Assembly: GCA_031835245.2 (NCBI GenBank)
Contig: JAVKOQ020000095.1
Span: 124,001 to 179,450, forward strand
Source: Balamuthia mandrillaris
Taxonomy: Eukaryota
Direction of reading: 5' to 3'
DNA: 55,450 bases
Part shown: one piece after another, positions 1 to 12,555 of the stretch
How positions within the stretch are numbered: the stretch's first letter is position 1
How the letters are laid out: every line of letters starts with the position of its first letter
Translations under genes and position numbers: made by a program
Notes under the pieces: model-generated
Told to the model about the DNA's origin: nothing
Databases searched by the model: none
What the model saw: only the letters and a program-made list of their open reading frames with translations

Positions 1-3000
1 TTCTCCAACATTGAACACATTCTTAAGCTTAACCAGAACCTCCACACCAAACTCAAAGAACGAACCACCAGTTGGGAGACCCAGGGAGTTGACCCTTCCA
101 AGCGGGTCCTCTCCGACATCCTCTTATCCGTCGTATGTGTCTTCATCTATTTTTTTTAATTTTGTGTTAGATTATTTAATGTTATTCTTATTGTTATTTT
201 ATTCTGGATTGAATAACTCAACTTGCTTGTGTTCTTTGTAACGGTTATACAGTTCCCATTCATGAAGATATACAGCCAATATTGTACACGGCAGGACAAA
301 GCCACCGAGCTCCGCCTCAAGCTCGTCAAAGAGAACTCCAAATTCAAGTCCTTTCTCAAAGTAAATCTCTTTTTCCTTCCTTCTTCTGTTGCTTCTTCGT
401 ATTGTCTTTTTGCTTCACTTTCTTCCTCTCTCTTCTCTATGTCTGTTTGTTCTGCTTCGGTCATTGTTGTGAATGCATAAAACAAACAACAAACCAAACA
501 CCAAACAGAAAGCACAACAGAACAAGAGATGCAACAACCAAGACCTGGGCTCCTTTCTCATCATGCCCATCCAACGCATCCCTCGCTACAAGCTCCTCCT
601 GCAGGAGCTCCTCAAGTGCACGCCCGAGGAGCATGCCGACCACAAGGGCCTGGTAAAGGCGTTTGAGATCATGGACTCCATAGCAACCTTTATAGAGGAC
701 AGGCAGCAGAATGGGCAGCCCTTGAACGTGAGGCGGTTGATTGCTGCGCATGAACAATTCGGAGAAGTGGAGGTTAGTTTTATCTTTCTTCTCCTCAACA
801 AACAAAAACCCAACTTGAAATAAAAACAAACAAAAAAAAAAAAACAGAGAATGATGCAACCTTGGAGGAAATGGGTCAAAGACGGAGAGATAACGGCCGT
901 GGATCGGCTGCGCGCTGCCAACAAGACCCGCCAACTGTGGATCTTCCTGTTCACCGACATTCTCTGCTTTGCTCGCTTGAAGAGTCGCAGCGGCTCTCTC
1001 GCCGTCTCTCCTCGTGGAGAGGAGAGCGATTCGCGTTCTCCTCCGAAATCTCCAAAGTCTCCAAAATCTCCTCACCACCACTCGCCTTCTCCTCGTTCGA
1101 AGAATAAGTTGTTGGCCAACTTGGATATCATCGATCGTGGAGAGAAAGAAAAGGCAGGAGAAAAAGGAGGAAAGAAGAAGAAAGGATTAAGTCCTGCAGC
1201 TTCATTGTCTTCTTTGTCGGATGTGGTTGGAGGAGAGAGAGGAGAGGATGGAGGTGGAAACGAAGAGGAGACAGATGAGGAATTTGAATTCTTGGGGAAA
1301 ATGTATTTGTCAGAGGTATGGTTGAGAGATGTAGATGCTGGTAGTGGAGGAGGGAACACCTTCTTGCTGTACTCCCCGCAGGTGAGCTTCATATTTACCG
1401 CTGGTACTGCGGAGGAAAAGAAGGTCTGGATGGATACGCTTGCCTCTACCACGGAGACCTATCTCGACAGTAACACTAAGTTCTCTGGTATGTCTTGTGG
1501 CTCCTTCCTGCTTCCTTCTTTGTTGTTTACCCTCTTCCTTCATTCTATTGTTGCAAACAGACCATCGGGCAGAAGTATTAAAAGGGTTACAAGAAAAGCT
1601 AAAGAAAATCAATGAAGCACAACAAAGCCAACAACCAATGCACAACGCCGAAACAGAAATAACAACACAATCTCTAGGGATGGGCATCTACCTTGAAGAA
1701 GGAAATGACGAAGATGAGTTGCATGATAACATGTCTCGCATTTTTGGTCCAAACTTTTTCCAACTGCCGCCCGGACAAAAGGTTGGCATGAGTGCTAACA
1801 ACAACAAGTCGGAAGAAGGGGATAGCAACAACAGCAGTACTACTACTAATGATAACACGAACAACAAGAAAGAAAGTAAGAAAAAGCGAGGCTCGTTGGG
1901 AAGAAAGAACAAAACAGTAAATGACTTACGGAAGGCGATGGAAGGGACCGAAGGCAGCCAGCATCCGCGAAGGGTTCGTTGCTTTTCTTCTTTGCATCAT
2001 TCATCTCTCTTTGTGTCATGATGTTAAAACGATTCTTTCTGTTGTTGTGTTATGAACAAAAAGCATTCGAGTTACGGAAAACAACAGAGAGTACTACAAG
2101 AGGGCTACCTTTTGGTCTCACGGAGTTCTGGTGGCAGCAGTAACAACACCCTCACGCGACGCACCATGACGATTACGCTAAAAAAGAATGCTGGGCAGCA
2201 TCGATGGAGAAAGCGATACTGCGTCCTTCTGCACGATCGTTTGATGCTCTACAAGAGCAAGGAAGACACAAAGATGAGCGACTGCGTCATTCTCAAGAAC
2301 TGCAAACTCTCCAAAAAGTGTGGCAAGGAAATATTTCCTCCTGGATCTCCTTCACTTTCTGCTGCCGCTTCTTCTTCTTCATCGTCTTCTGTTTCAGAGA
2401 TTGCTGAAGTTAATCAAGCGAAGGAGTTGTTTTGCTTCACGGTGAAGGAAGTGGATGATGTATCCACCTCTTTCCTAGAAGAGAAGGACAGAGAGATTCA
2501 ACAAACCGCCAGTAACAGTGGAAGAATGCATAGAGATAGGATCAGTCCTCCTCCCTCTCCCTCTACCTCTTCATCTTCGTCTGTGAGCGTTACAAGTGAG
2601 AAAAAGGATAGACCGCCTAAGCGAAGGGTCTTTGCTGCGGAGAGCAAAGAATTGATGGAGGAGTGGATGACAAAAGTGGGCACGCAGATACGTACCATGA
2701 GAACGCAACAGGAGCAACTTCTCATGTTGGTGGAGCAGCAGCTTCGAGCGCAGGCCGCTTTCAAGCAACAGCAGCAACAACCAATGCCAAAATCTCCCAA
2801 GTCGCCAAAACACGTTTGCTATCTTGCTCCTTATGCTTTTATTCTGCCTCTGTCTTCCTCTTTCTTCTTTCTTCTTGCTTCTTTCTTCTTCTCTGTTGCT
2901 AAAAAACCTGTTCTGTTTTAGAACAAAGGCGAAGATACATTAGCAAGAGATGGTTCGCAAAGTCCACGAGGAAGCACATCGCCTAGTCTGTTCCGAAGAA

Positions 3001-3071
3001 AGACACTAGCAACTTTACCTCGAATCGGGCGCAGCAACTCCTCCAAGTCTGATATCATCAAACCTGGATGA
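1..3071 (+). CDS. Dbl-family RhoGEF (DH-PH plus second PH), multi-exon, 5' end outside window
   Basis: Spliced exons give DH motifs [12 protein letters not shown] (1-132), FMKIYSQYC and [30 protein letters not shown]1 reads [15 protein letters not shown]...[12 protein letters not shown]2 reads QEGYLL...[18 protein letters not shown]...[16 protein letters not shown]. Last exon 2922-3071 ends in TGA. Confidence 0.9.
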
Positions 3072-3188
3072 AACAAAAAACTGAAAAAAAGGTCGAGAAG
3101 AAAAACAAAAATACAGACAGAAAGAGAATGTTCACTTTACATAACAGCAAATATAAAAGAACCTGTAACTTGTAAGAAAACAAAGTAC

Positions 3189-3617
3189 TTAAGAAACAAC
3201 GCCCAGAGCGTGCTGTATTTCAGCCAAGAAGGTGGAAGAATCGGTTTGGACGTTGGGCGTATTGTAGGCCAGTCCTTGATCGTACACAAAGAAGAAGCGC
3301 GTGACAACGTAATCTGGCTCTGGACAGACCCACACTGATCCGCTCTTTCGCACCGAGCTATGGTTGATGACTGTGCATTTAAAAAAAATAATAATTAGTT
3401 TTACAATGTGAAACAAACAAGGAAACGCAAGAAAGAAAGACGGTACCTTCACATAAGGCTATACAATAAAAGTTAGAGGTACTAAGAAAACGGTTTGAGC
3501 TGGAATCTCCCGAGGAAGATGAAGCGGTGTTATTGCTATGACCCTAAGATAAGATCATTGATGACGTTAAGTATTTGTTGAACAAAAAAAACAAACAAGC
3601 AAGCAAGCAAGATGAAG

Positions 3618-3658
<41 letters not shown>

Positions 3659-4299
3659 GATAGAAGGAGAGATGGGGGAAAAGAACCCGTCTTGAAATTC
3701 CGCGCCCGTGCATCTGAGAATAGCCAAAGCTTGTCGTGGAATGAGGTGATAAATAAATACCAGCACCATAGGCAGCACCGTTGAGTTGTAATTTGGTTCC
3801 ACTTGCGTTCTTTAGTCCCATTCTGTCGTTTAAAGTGAGTTTTGTTGCAAAAGAGAGAAGAGAAATGCATGTGGAAAAGAAACGAGATGAGTAAAGATGA
3901 AAACCTTAAAATACAGTGCCAATTTTCCACTCTAGAACCATGAAAGGCAAAGACAGATCCATGTTGTGCTTTTAACTCTCTGAATTTTTCTTCCTTTTCA
4001 GGAGGACTGCTCAAAAGTACGTATTGATAGGGTGTGTTCATGGACGGAATGTGCTGTAATTACAATCGTAAAAACCTGTTGTTAGCTCCAAAAATACAAG
4101 CGAAAAAAATAAGAGAGCAGGTGAGAGGGACTATACCCTGCTCTTTGAAAGCTTAACGATGTGTGAACGATTGCTAGAGATAATCCATTGGAGAAGAGGA
4201 TAAGCCAACCGATCCACCCTATCCAATTGATCTTTCATTGAGAGACAATCCTGCATAAACAAAGAAAATCACAATACATAGTCAAAAATCATCGGAGGG

Positions 4300-4351
<52 letters not shown>

Positions 4352-6073
4352 CGAACCGCTGCTTGCGACAAGTTATGCACAGTAGGGAAACTGGTCAGCA
4401 GCTTCTTCAGCAATGAAAAGTTCTTGTCCTTTGGGCTCAAGATAACCTTCTTAGGGTTATCCGGATCAAACAACGTTGGGAACGGATCAAAGATGTCAGT
4501 GGCTCTGCCCGAGTTGGCCGCAGCGGTGGCCATGCAAATGAGCAGGTCCACCACTTCAGCTTGTGTGGCGATCTCATCGGCAGCGTCGGACATGACCCCC
4601 AGCTGCTGGAAGGAGAAACAACAGAGCTCTCGGCTGCAAACGGCTGGCTTCAACATGGCCCCTCCAGCAAAGACGTGCGGCCGATCGCAGATAACACAAT
4701 AGTTGCTCAGAGTGGGGATGCGATTCAGGAGATACTCCAACACTTGAACCAAGAAGCCTTGTTTCCGGTCCGGAATGCAGCTTCGCACATCCGCCATCGC
4801 TGACATTTCGTTTTGTTCCCAATCGGCCAATGGATTTGCCGAGGCAGATTCTTCTTCGTCGGTGGGAATAAAACGACCACGTTTCGGTTGATGATGGTTG
4901 CGTTTTTGTTGTCTTCGAGAGAGAACGGCTTTGTCTGTGTATCGCTCTGGTGAGGAGAGAAGGTTTTGAAGAGCTTCTTCCAAGCCACCGGAGCTTTCTC
5001 TCAAGGCGTTCTTAGCGAGCTCCAAGGAGAAACCCATTTCAAGAAGATTGGCTACATCACCATCTCTCCCTGGTTCCAATGGTTCTTCAGAAGGTGGAAT
5101 CAACTCTGCTTCTACTTGTTTGTCCTTTGTGGACGCTGTTGGAAGGCCACCGCGTGAGCTGCGAAGGCCTTTGTCTTTCACATTCCACTGTTCCTTACAG
5201 AAGTTTTGAACGATTTGCGTGAGTTGGCTGCCCAGTCGAAACTTTGTCTTTGTATTCTGAAATACTTCCACCTATTTATTAAGAGAAGTTAAGTACGAAT
5301 GGAAGGAGGAAAGAAAAGAGAATAAGAAATGAAACGAATACAAATAAAAACGTTCAGTACCTTTGGCGGAGAAACAGCAGAAAGATAAGCGGACGGGGAG
5401 AGACCAATACGAATGATAACAGGGGCGAACGGATCAAAGCCCCATGCCTGAGCGATGCTCTCACCCAAGAAGCTTGCATCCAAATGCAACTCCACTTCTA
5501 GCGTGTCAATAGCGGTGAAGTCTCGTTTGCTGAAGCTGCGTGATCCATACTTCTTGATGAAGAGATCAATGTCCTTTTGTAGTAGAGGAGATGTCTCTTC
5601 GGCGGCAAAGCCTATTGCTTCTGCTTCCTCTTCATCGTAATAATCTTCTGCCTCCTCCTCTTCCTCCTCCTCCTCTTCTCCATATTCCTCTCTGTCTTCT
5701 TCGCCTTCTTCTTCATCCATTGCTTGCTTTGGCTCGTCATCCTCCCCGTCGTGCCTTGTGTTGGCTTGTTTGCTCTTGCCTTTATCTTTGCTCTCCTGAT
5801 GTTAGATAATTGTTAGTGGTACTGTTAAATACTTAAAAACAAACAAGCAAGTGTGAAAGGAGAATACCCACCAGCTCATCCATATTAATACCTGTAGCAG
5901 GAGCCTCTATGCCGGCTCGCATGCATTGCTCTGGATGTTTTTTAAATTACAAATATAAGCAATTAACTTGTTGATGGACGTATGAAAGACAGAAGTTGGT
6001 AACTACAAGCAGAGAAGAAGGAAGCAGGAGACGCAGAGAAAGAACGAAGAGAGAACAAGAGAACAGCGTGATG

Positions 6074-6117
<44 letters not shown>

Positions 6118-6652
6118 ACGATGAAGAGAAGAGAAGAGAACGACGAAGAATAAAAAGAGAAGCATAGAAGAAGAGCGACGAGTAGTGTAACCAAAAACAA
6201 ACAAACATGGAACAATACCTTGAACGATTTGGTGAATGACCGCAGGAAGTCTGCCGCTAAAGTCTTTAGGCTCACTCGTATCAGAGTACAAGGTACAAGT
6301 GCCTGCACAGTGCAACCCAACAACGTTAAAACAAAAAAGACTTACAAAGAAGTTGACCAAAAACCTCGAAACATACCTGGATAGTCATCGCCACACAACA
6401 GAGTAAAAGGCACTGGTTTACCGTCCCAACAGTCAAAGGTGAAGGCCAGTGTCTCTCCCTCCCATTCCAAATCTTTTATTTTTTTGTTTGTTTGATGGCA
6501 GCTTTGGTAATCAGCGAAAGAGAGAGAAGTGCAGTTCTTTTAAAAAAAGAGAAAAAATGAAAAGAAGAAGAACCTCGTAAGAGAGAGCCAGGCTGCGAAT
6601 AAAACTCTTTCACGCTGGCCACGTCTTGGCGCAACAGCCTCCTTCCCGCCAT
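3189..6652 (-). CDS. PARP6/PARP8-like mono-ADP-ribosyltransferase with RWD-like N-terminus, UBA domain and Cys/His zinc-binding region; multi-exon
   Basis: Catalytic motifs FAFHGSRVENWHCILR, GLKNASGTKLQLNGAAYGAGIYLSP, CIALCEVI and VWVCPEPDYVVTRFFFVY match PARP6/8. YCVICDRPH...KPAVCSRELC is the PARP6/8 Zn region. UBA: LLEMGFSLELAKNALRESSGGLEEALQNLL. ATG 6652 (MAGRRLLRQDV) joins through in-frame GT-AG exons. Confidence 0.9.
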
Positions 6653-7029
6653 CCCTTGCTCTCAGCTTCACTACTCTATTTTTTTTTGGTGAATTAAACA
6701 AAGAGAAAAAGCGAGGAATTGGGTAGAATCAAAAAGAATCCAACCGCTCTCGCGCAAAAAATGTACTTCGGGTTGGGACATAACTCCTGTTATCCAAGTA
6801 CCGCTCCGAAAGTCCTCTTGGAATAATTATTAACATTTAGTTGGAATTTTTCTTCGAAAATTTTTGCCGAATATATTATATCTGTTTCCGTTTCCACCTT
6901 TTAAAGAGATTTTAAAATCAACCTAATAGTTTGATGTTGCTTTCTTTTCCTTTTTGGTTATTTTTTTTCGAATTTACCAACGAAAAAGAGAAGAAAAAGT
7001 ATTGAGAGAGAGACAGAAGGCAACACGAC

Positions 7030-7446
7030 ATGGCAGACAAGAGCAAAGAGAGCAGCAGCAGCACCACGACCACCACCATCACCACCAGCGGAAGCACCAC
7101 GCCGTTGGAACAAACGAGTGCCCCCTCCACCCCCGTTGGACAAAAGAGGAAGCGCGCCTCCTCGACCGTTGGTGAAGGGGACAGTGGCGTGACGGCAGCC
7201 GTGGAGAAGAAGAGGCTGGAAATGCTGAGGGACAAAAAGGCAAAGAAGCTGAAGAAACGGTCCAAGAAGCTCGAGGACAAGAAGAAGACCATCGTGGAGC
7301 TGGAAGCCAAGCTCGAGAGGAAGAAGTCCAAGTTGAAGAGACGCCAGGAAAAGTATGAGCACAAGAAGGCCGCTCTCCAGGAGGTAGAGGACGCCCTCAA
7401 GGCTTCCTCTGCTGAGGGTGGCCCAGAAAAAAGGAAGCAACAGTGA
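7030..7446 (+). CDS. Small Lys-rich coiled-coil protein, unknown function, probably nuclear
   Basis: Single-exon 138-aa ORF with coding-like GC3 bias, NLS-like KRKR and a heptad-rich K/E region. It is divergent from the PARP gene. Confidence 0.6.
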   Translation: MADKSKESSSSTTTTTITTSGSTTPLEQTSAPSTPVGQKRKRASSTVGEGDSGVTAAVEKKRLEMLRDKKAKKLKKRSKKLEDKKKTIVELEAKLERKKSKLKRRQEKYEHKKAALQEVEDALKASSAEGGPEKRKQQ

Positions 7447-7692
7447 TGAAGCAAAGCAAAGATAGCCGTTGTCTCTCCTTTCACTCACTCCATTTTGTTC
7501 ATAACTCTGCAAACCATTTTTAAAAAGAAAGCAGCATTACTTCGTGTCGTCATGATATTTTATGGTCTCGCGTCCTCGCTCATGTCTATTTTTCGTGTCG
7601 TCATGTAAAATTTTGAATTCTCACGTCCATAACACACTTAATGATGCAATACAAGAAAAAATTTCAAACAAAAAGAAAAGAAGAGAACTGGT

Positions 7693-9923
7693 ATGACCGA
7701 AGCGGAAGGGTTGGTCCGTGCAGCGCTTGCTGCTGCCAACGTGGTACTGCTTTGCTTTGCTTTCCTTTCTTCTGCTTTGCTTTGCTTTCTTCTCTCTCTC
7801 TCTCTCTCTCTTTATAGAAAATAATATTTTAAACAAATAATAAAAAAGGCGGTGCAAGAAGACCATAACGGCCATTACCGGGAAGCGGCCGAACGCTATG
7901 GGGAAGCCATCAGGGCATTGGAACAGGTCCTTGCCACGCGGGGCTTGCCCGGCGAAGTTCAAACCATCGTTTCAGAAAAGGTGAATACCTACAAGACGCG
8001 ACAGCAAGCGCTTTCTTCGTTCAGGTTGGAGCTTTTGCTCTCTTTTTTTTTTGTTCGTTCTCTGTAATGCCTCGTGATCTCTTTGCTGTTGTCTCTTCGT
8101 TTCTGTCCTTTGTCCTCTCTTTTCTTCTTCGTCATCCTTTTCTTTCTTTTTTCTTTTACTTGTTCGTTTTCGTTTTCTTTTTCTTTTTTCTTTTTTTCTC
8201 TCTCTCTCCTTCCGCCTTCCCTTCTATCTTCTTGTTGACGTTTTACCTCTTCCTTGTGCCTTCTGCCTTCTTTCATTTTCATCCATCCACCCATCCTCAG
8301 TGCTGCCAACCAATCCTCCTCCACCAAGGCAAAGGGTCAGCCTCCTCCGCTGCCCGGTCTTCCTCCAAGGAAGAAACCACCACCAGCACTCCCTCTCCCT
8401 ATTCCCACTTCCACGCCCACTCCCGCTCCCGCTCCCGCTTCCACTTTGACTTCAACCACCACCACCTTGCCTACCCGTGCCCCATCGGGAACTGTTTCCC
8501 GTCCACACGCCGTCTCAGCTTCTGGCTTGAAGCCGGTCATGAAAGCCTATGAAGTGATCTTTGAGGAACTCCCGCTTCCTCCTAAACCGGTTTCCTTTCC
8601 TCCCATTCTGTCTCTCTCTCTCTCGCTCTCCCCCTCTCTCTCGCTCGTTCTTCTCTTCTGTTTGTCCTCTTTGTAATGGTTCGTTCTTCAAAAGACGACC
8701 CCGTTGCTTTCAGCTGCCCCAGCGGATACTGCCAAACGGCCATTTTGGTTTATGCAGATTTTGAGCAAAACCATCAACGACGGCGCTTTTGTCACCCCAA
8801 AGCTCTACGTCCCGCGCAACGTCTGGTCCGTTCTCTTTTCTTTCTGCTTTCAGCGCTCTTCTTTCTTCTGCATTCTTCTTTTATGATTTCTTTTTTCATA
8901 TCCCTTTTATATACTTATATTATTTTATTTGGTTGTTTATTTGTTGTTGTTATTTGGGCAGGTATCAGCCTGGTCTCAAGTTTTCAGCGATACAACAGAA
9001 AGTTGGGGCCCTGGAGTCCGTCTCTGAAGCCATTTGTCGGCTGCAAATGTTAGAGCCTGATAATTTCAGCAAAGCCATCAAAGTATTTCTTTTCACCTTC
9101 CTCGCTTCTCCTCTCTTTTCTGCTTCTTCTCCGCTGTTTCTCCGCTTCTCTTTGTCTGTGTTCTTCGCTCTTCCCTTCGCTTTTCTTCTCTCTTACTCTT
9201 TTCTTGCTAAAAACAAAATAGGTGTTTGAGGAGGTATATGCTGAGATGCTAAGTATACAAAACGTGTTGGCGAGGCACTTCTCTTTCATCAAAGAAACAA
9301 AGTCGGTGGAAAAGAAAGGCCTTTTCAAGAACATAGGTTCTGGCATCAGCAAGGGTGCTGGACGGCTAAAAACGAACCTTTCTGCTGGTCACAGGTAAGT
9401 CTTTGTTGTTTATTTTTGTTTTGCCAAGGAAAAAACGAAAAAGTGAATGTCACATTAATGTTCTTTGCTAAACAGAGACGAACAACATTTTTATGTAGAA
9501 CTTATTCAAGATATTTGTGAAAGAGGAATCCTTTTAGGTTCGTGCTCTTTCCTCCTGTCCTTCTCACTTGTATTCTTCTTTGCTCTACTTTCTTACATTC
9601 TCTCCTTTCTTCTTTCCTTCTTCATTCTTCTTCCTCCTTTCTTTCTTTTTTTTTTCCTTTCCTTCTTCTACCTTCCTCTTCCGTTCTCTTACTCACACAC
9701 CAAAAAAAAAACACACATTACAGAGGAGTGGTTGGCACGGTTTGAAGGAGCAAAGCAACAGCAACAACAATACGCAACCGAGGGACACGAGCTGCTCATC
9801 AAGATCAGCGAATTCTTCGAGGAGGTCGTCCTGGCGTTCGTGTTGCGCGACCTCGAGGCCAGTCTTCAGCGTTACATCCGAAAGAGCGCGGAGAGCTTCT
9901 TGTCTTACGTTCATCTTGCCTGA
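7693..9923 (+). CDS. MIT-domain protein with Pro-rich linker and conserved helical C-terminal domain; multi-exon
   Basis: MTEAEGLVRAALAAANV|AVQEDHNGHYREAAERYGEAIRALEQV...KVNTYKTRQQAL fits MIT (AVxxD...YxEA..Y..A). The C-terminal RPFWFMQILSKTINDGAFVTPKLYVPRNVW and FFEEVVLAFVLRDLEASLQRYIRK resemble an uncharacterised fungal/protist MIT family. Confidence 0.78.
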
Positions 9924-10328
9924 AAACGAATGAAAAAAAAAAGAAGGAATGCACCCTCTTTTTTTTTTTTCCTTCCTTCCATTCTCTATTTTTTATTTTT
10001 TCAAACATGTACTTTATTTTATTTTTTTTCGTAGAAAAGAAAGGGCTATAACACAACAATGCAAACACTCCACCAATGCATGCAATAAAGAGAGCTACCA
10101 AGAAAGCAAGAAAGAATGAAAGAAAGAAACGACAAAGCAGGGGAAAATAATTATAATAAATAGTATATATAATAGGTTGATAAACAACGGAAGAAAAATA
10201 TCCTAATTTGAGGAAAATATGTCGACATATGAGGTTTACTCCGTGACGTCATGAGAGGAAGACAGAGAAAAAAAGAGAGAGAAGAGAGAAAAGTAATGCT
10301 TCTCTCTGGCAACACGTCCCACAACAAC

Positions 10329-12522
10329 ATGAGGCTGTCCTTCTCCTCTTCTCTGCTGCTCTTGTTCTTACCTCTTCTCCTTGTTCTTCTCTCCTGGTTG
10401 AGCGTAACAGCAGCGGCAGCTCCTTCCATCCCCAGCACCACCACCCAACGGCAGCTCCCTCATAGATCTCCTTCCTCCTCTCCCTCTCCCTCTTCCTCTT
10501 CCTCATGGGATCCAGTGAGGGTGCTTTTGGAAGAGCACGGGGAGGACCCCATGCAAGAGCTCCTAGACACCCTGCGCATGCTGCCTCAGTGGTGGAGCAC
10601 GTTCACCTATCGACTCGCTCCCTCTTGGCCCTCCGAAGTCAAGGAGAAGGAGGAGGAGAGGGAGACGGATAAAGGGGGATCCCTCTTGTATCGACGCTCC
10701 CTTCGCATGAAGCCAAGCGCGCTCGCGGAGGAGGCTGAGCGAAAGAACAAGAACAGGAGGAGGACGGCCTTTGGGGAGGAGGACGAGGAGAGGACGTGCA
10801 ACCCTCCCTATGGGCTTCCCATCCGTGAGGAGCTCCCCATATGTGGACCCGCTCACTCTTGCTCCCTTGCCAAGGTTTGGCTTTTTTGTTTCTTTTCTAT
10901 TTATTTTTATTTTTATTTTTCTTTTTCTTTTCTTTTCTTTTCTTTTCTTTTCTATTTTCTTTTCTTTTCTTTTCTTTTCTTTTCTTTTCTTTTCTTTTCT
11001 TTTCTTCTGTTCTGTTCTGTTCTGTTCTCTTCTCTTCTCTTCATCGCTTTCTTCTCTTCATCGTTCTCTTCATCGTTCTCTTCTCTTCTCTCCTCTTCTC
11101 TTCTCTTCTCTTCTCTTCTCTTCTCTTCTCTTCGTCGTTCTCTTCTCTTCGTCGTTCTCTTCTCTTCTCTTCTCTTCTCTTCTCTTCTCTTCGTCGTTCT
11201 CTTCATCGTTCTCTTCATCGTTCTCTTCATCGTTCTCTTCATCGTTCTCTTCTCTTCTCTTCTCTTCTCTTCATCGTTCTCTTCTCTTCTCTTCTCTTCT
11301 CTTCTCTTCTCTTCTCTTCTCTTCTCTTCTCTTCTCTTCTCTTCTCTTCTCTTCTCTTCTCTCCTCTTCTCTTCTCTTCTCTTCTCTTCTCTTCTCTTCT
11401 CTTCTCTTCTCTTCTCTTCTCTTCTCTTCTCTTCTCTTCTCTTCTCGTCGTTCTCTTCTCTTCTCTTCATCGTTCTCTTCTCTTCTCTTCTCTTCTCTTC
11501 TCTTCTCTTCTCTCCTCTTCTCTTCTCTTCTCTTCTCTTCTCTTCTCTTCTCTTCTCTTCTCTTCTCTCCTCTTCTCTTCTCTTCTCTTCTCTTCTCTTC
11601 TCTTCTCTTCTCTTCTCTTCTCTTCTCTTCTCTTCTCTTCTCTTCTCTTCTCTTCTCTTCTCTTCTCTTCTCTTCTCTTCTCTTCTCTTCTCTTCTCTTC
11701 TCTTCTTTTCTCTTTTTGTTGTTTCTTTTTTTCTTTTTCTTTTCTTTTTATTGTTATTTTTCTTTGTTTTAAACAAATGTGCACAAAACAAAAAAAAACC
11801 AGTTAAACTGCAGCGGCAGGGTGGTTGACCCAAAGTACAACCGTTACTATGGCGTGCTCTCTACTTGTCGAGTGGACAGCTTGTCTTGCGAGGGTGGACC
11901 ACCTCCTACCTTGCCTCACTCTGACGATCATGCTTCCTCCTCTTCCTCCTCTTCATCTTCCTCTTCTTCCTCCTCTTCATCAACTTCTTCTTCTCTTTGT
12001 TACATTCGCAAACTGAATTGCAGCGGAGAGCTCATTGCTGCAGACCAAAAGTTGCCCAACAGCACCTTTAACAATTGTTCTGTAGTACAGGTATACTCGT
12101 TTAAGCATTACACTTTTACTTTATTATTTGCGTTTCGTTTATTTTTTTTTTTTCATTGTGTATTTTTTTCTTTCTTCGTTCTCCTTTTGCTTTTCTGACG
12201 TGCAGTTAACAATTTCTTAGCTTACATGCGAAGACACTATTCTTGACTTTACTCTGGACGACAAAACCCGTTGCAGCGATGCTTCTGCTGTTTGTTTCCA
12301 TCTCTTCTTGCCTTCCTTGTTCTCTCTATTCTCTTTTTCTTCTCTCTTTTTTCCTTTATCTTCGTTCTCCTCTATGGCTCTATGTCTGATGTAATTCTCA
12401 TCTACACAGCTTAACTGCGAAAATCCTTGTGTTGGCACGGTATTCTCTTTTCTCTTTTATGTTATTTCTTTTTCTCTCTCTTCTCCCTTCTCTTGTTTGT
12501 TTGCTACTTCCTCTTCTCTCTG

Positions 12523-12555
<33 letters not shown>

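Noticed and set aside
10771..11833. 300-500-aa ORFs of FSSLL/EKRRE repeats
   Set aside because: They are translations of the intronic (CTTCT)n satellite, and the flanking exons splice in frame around it.
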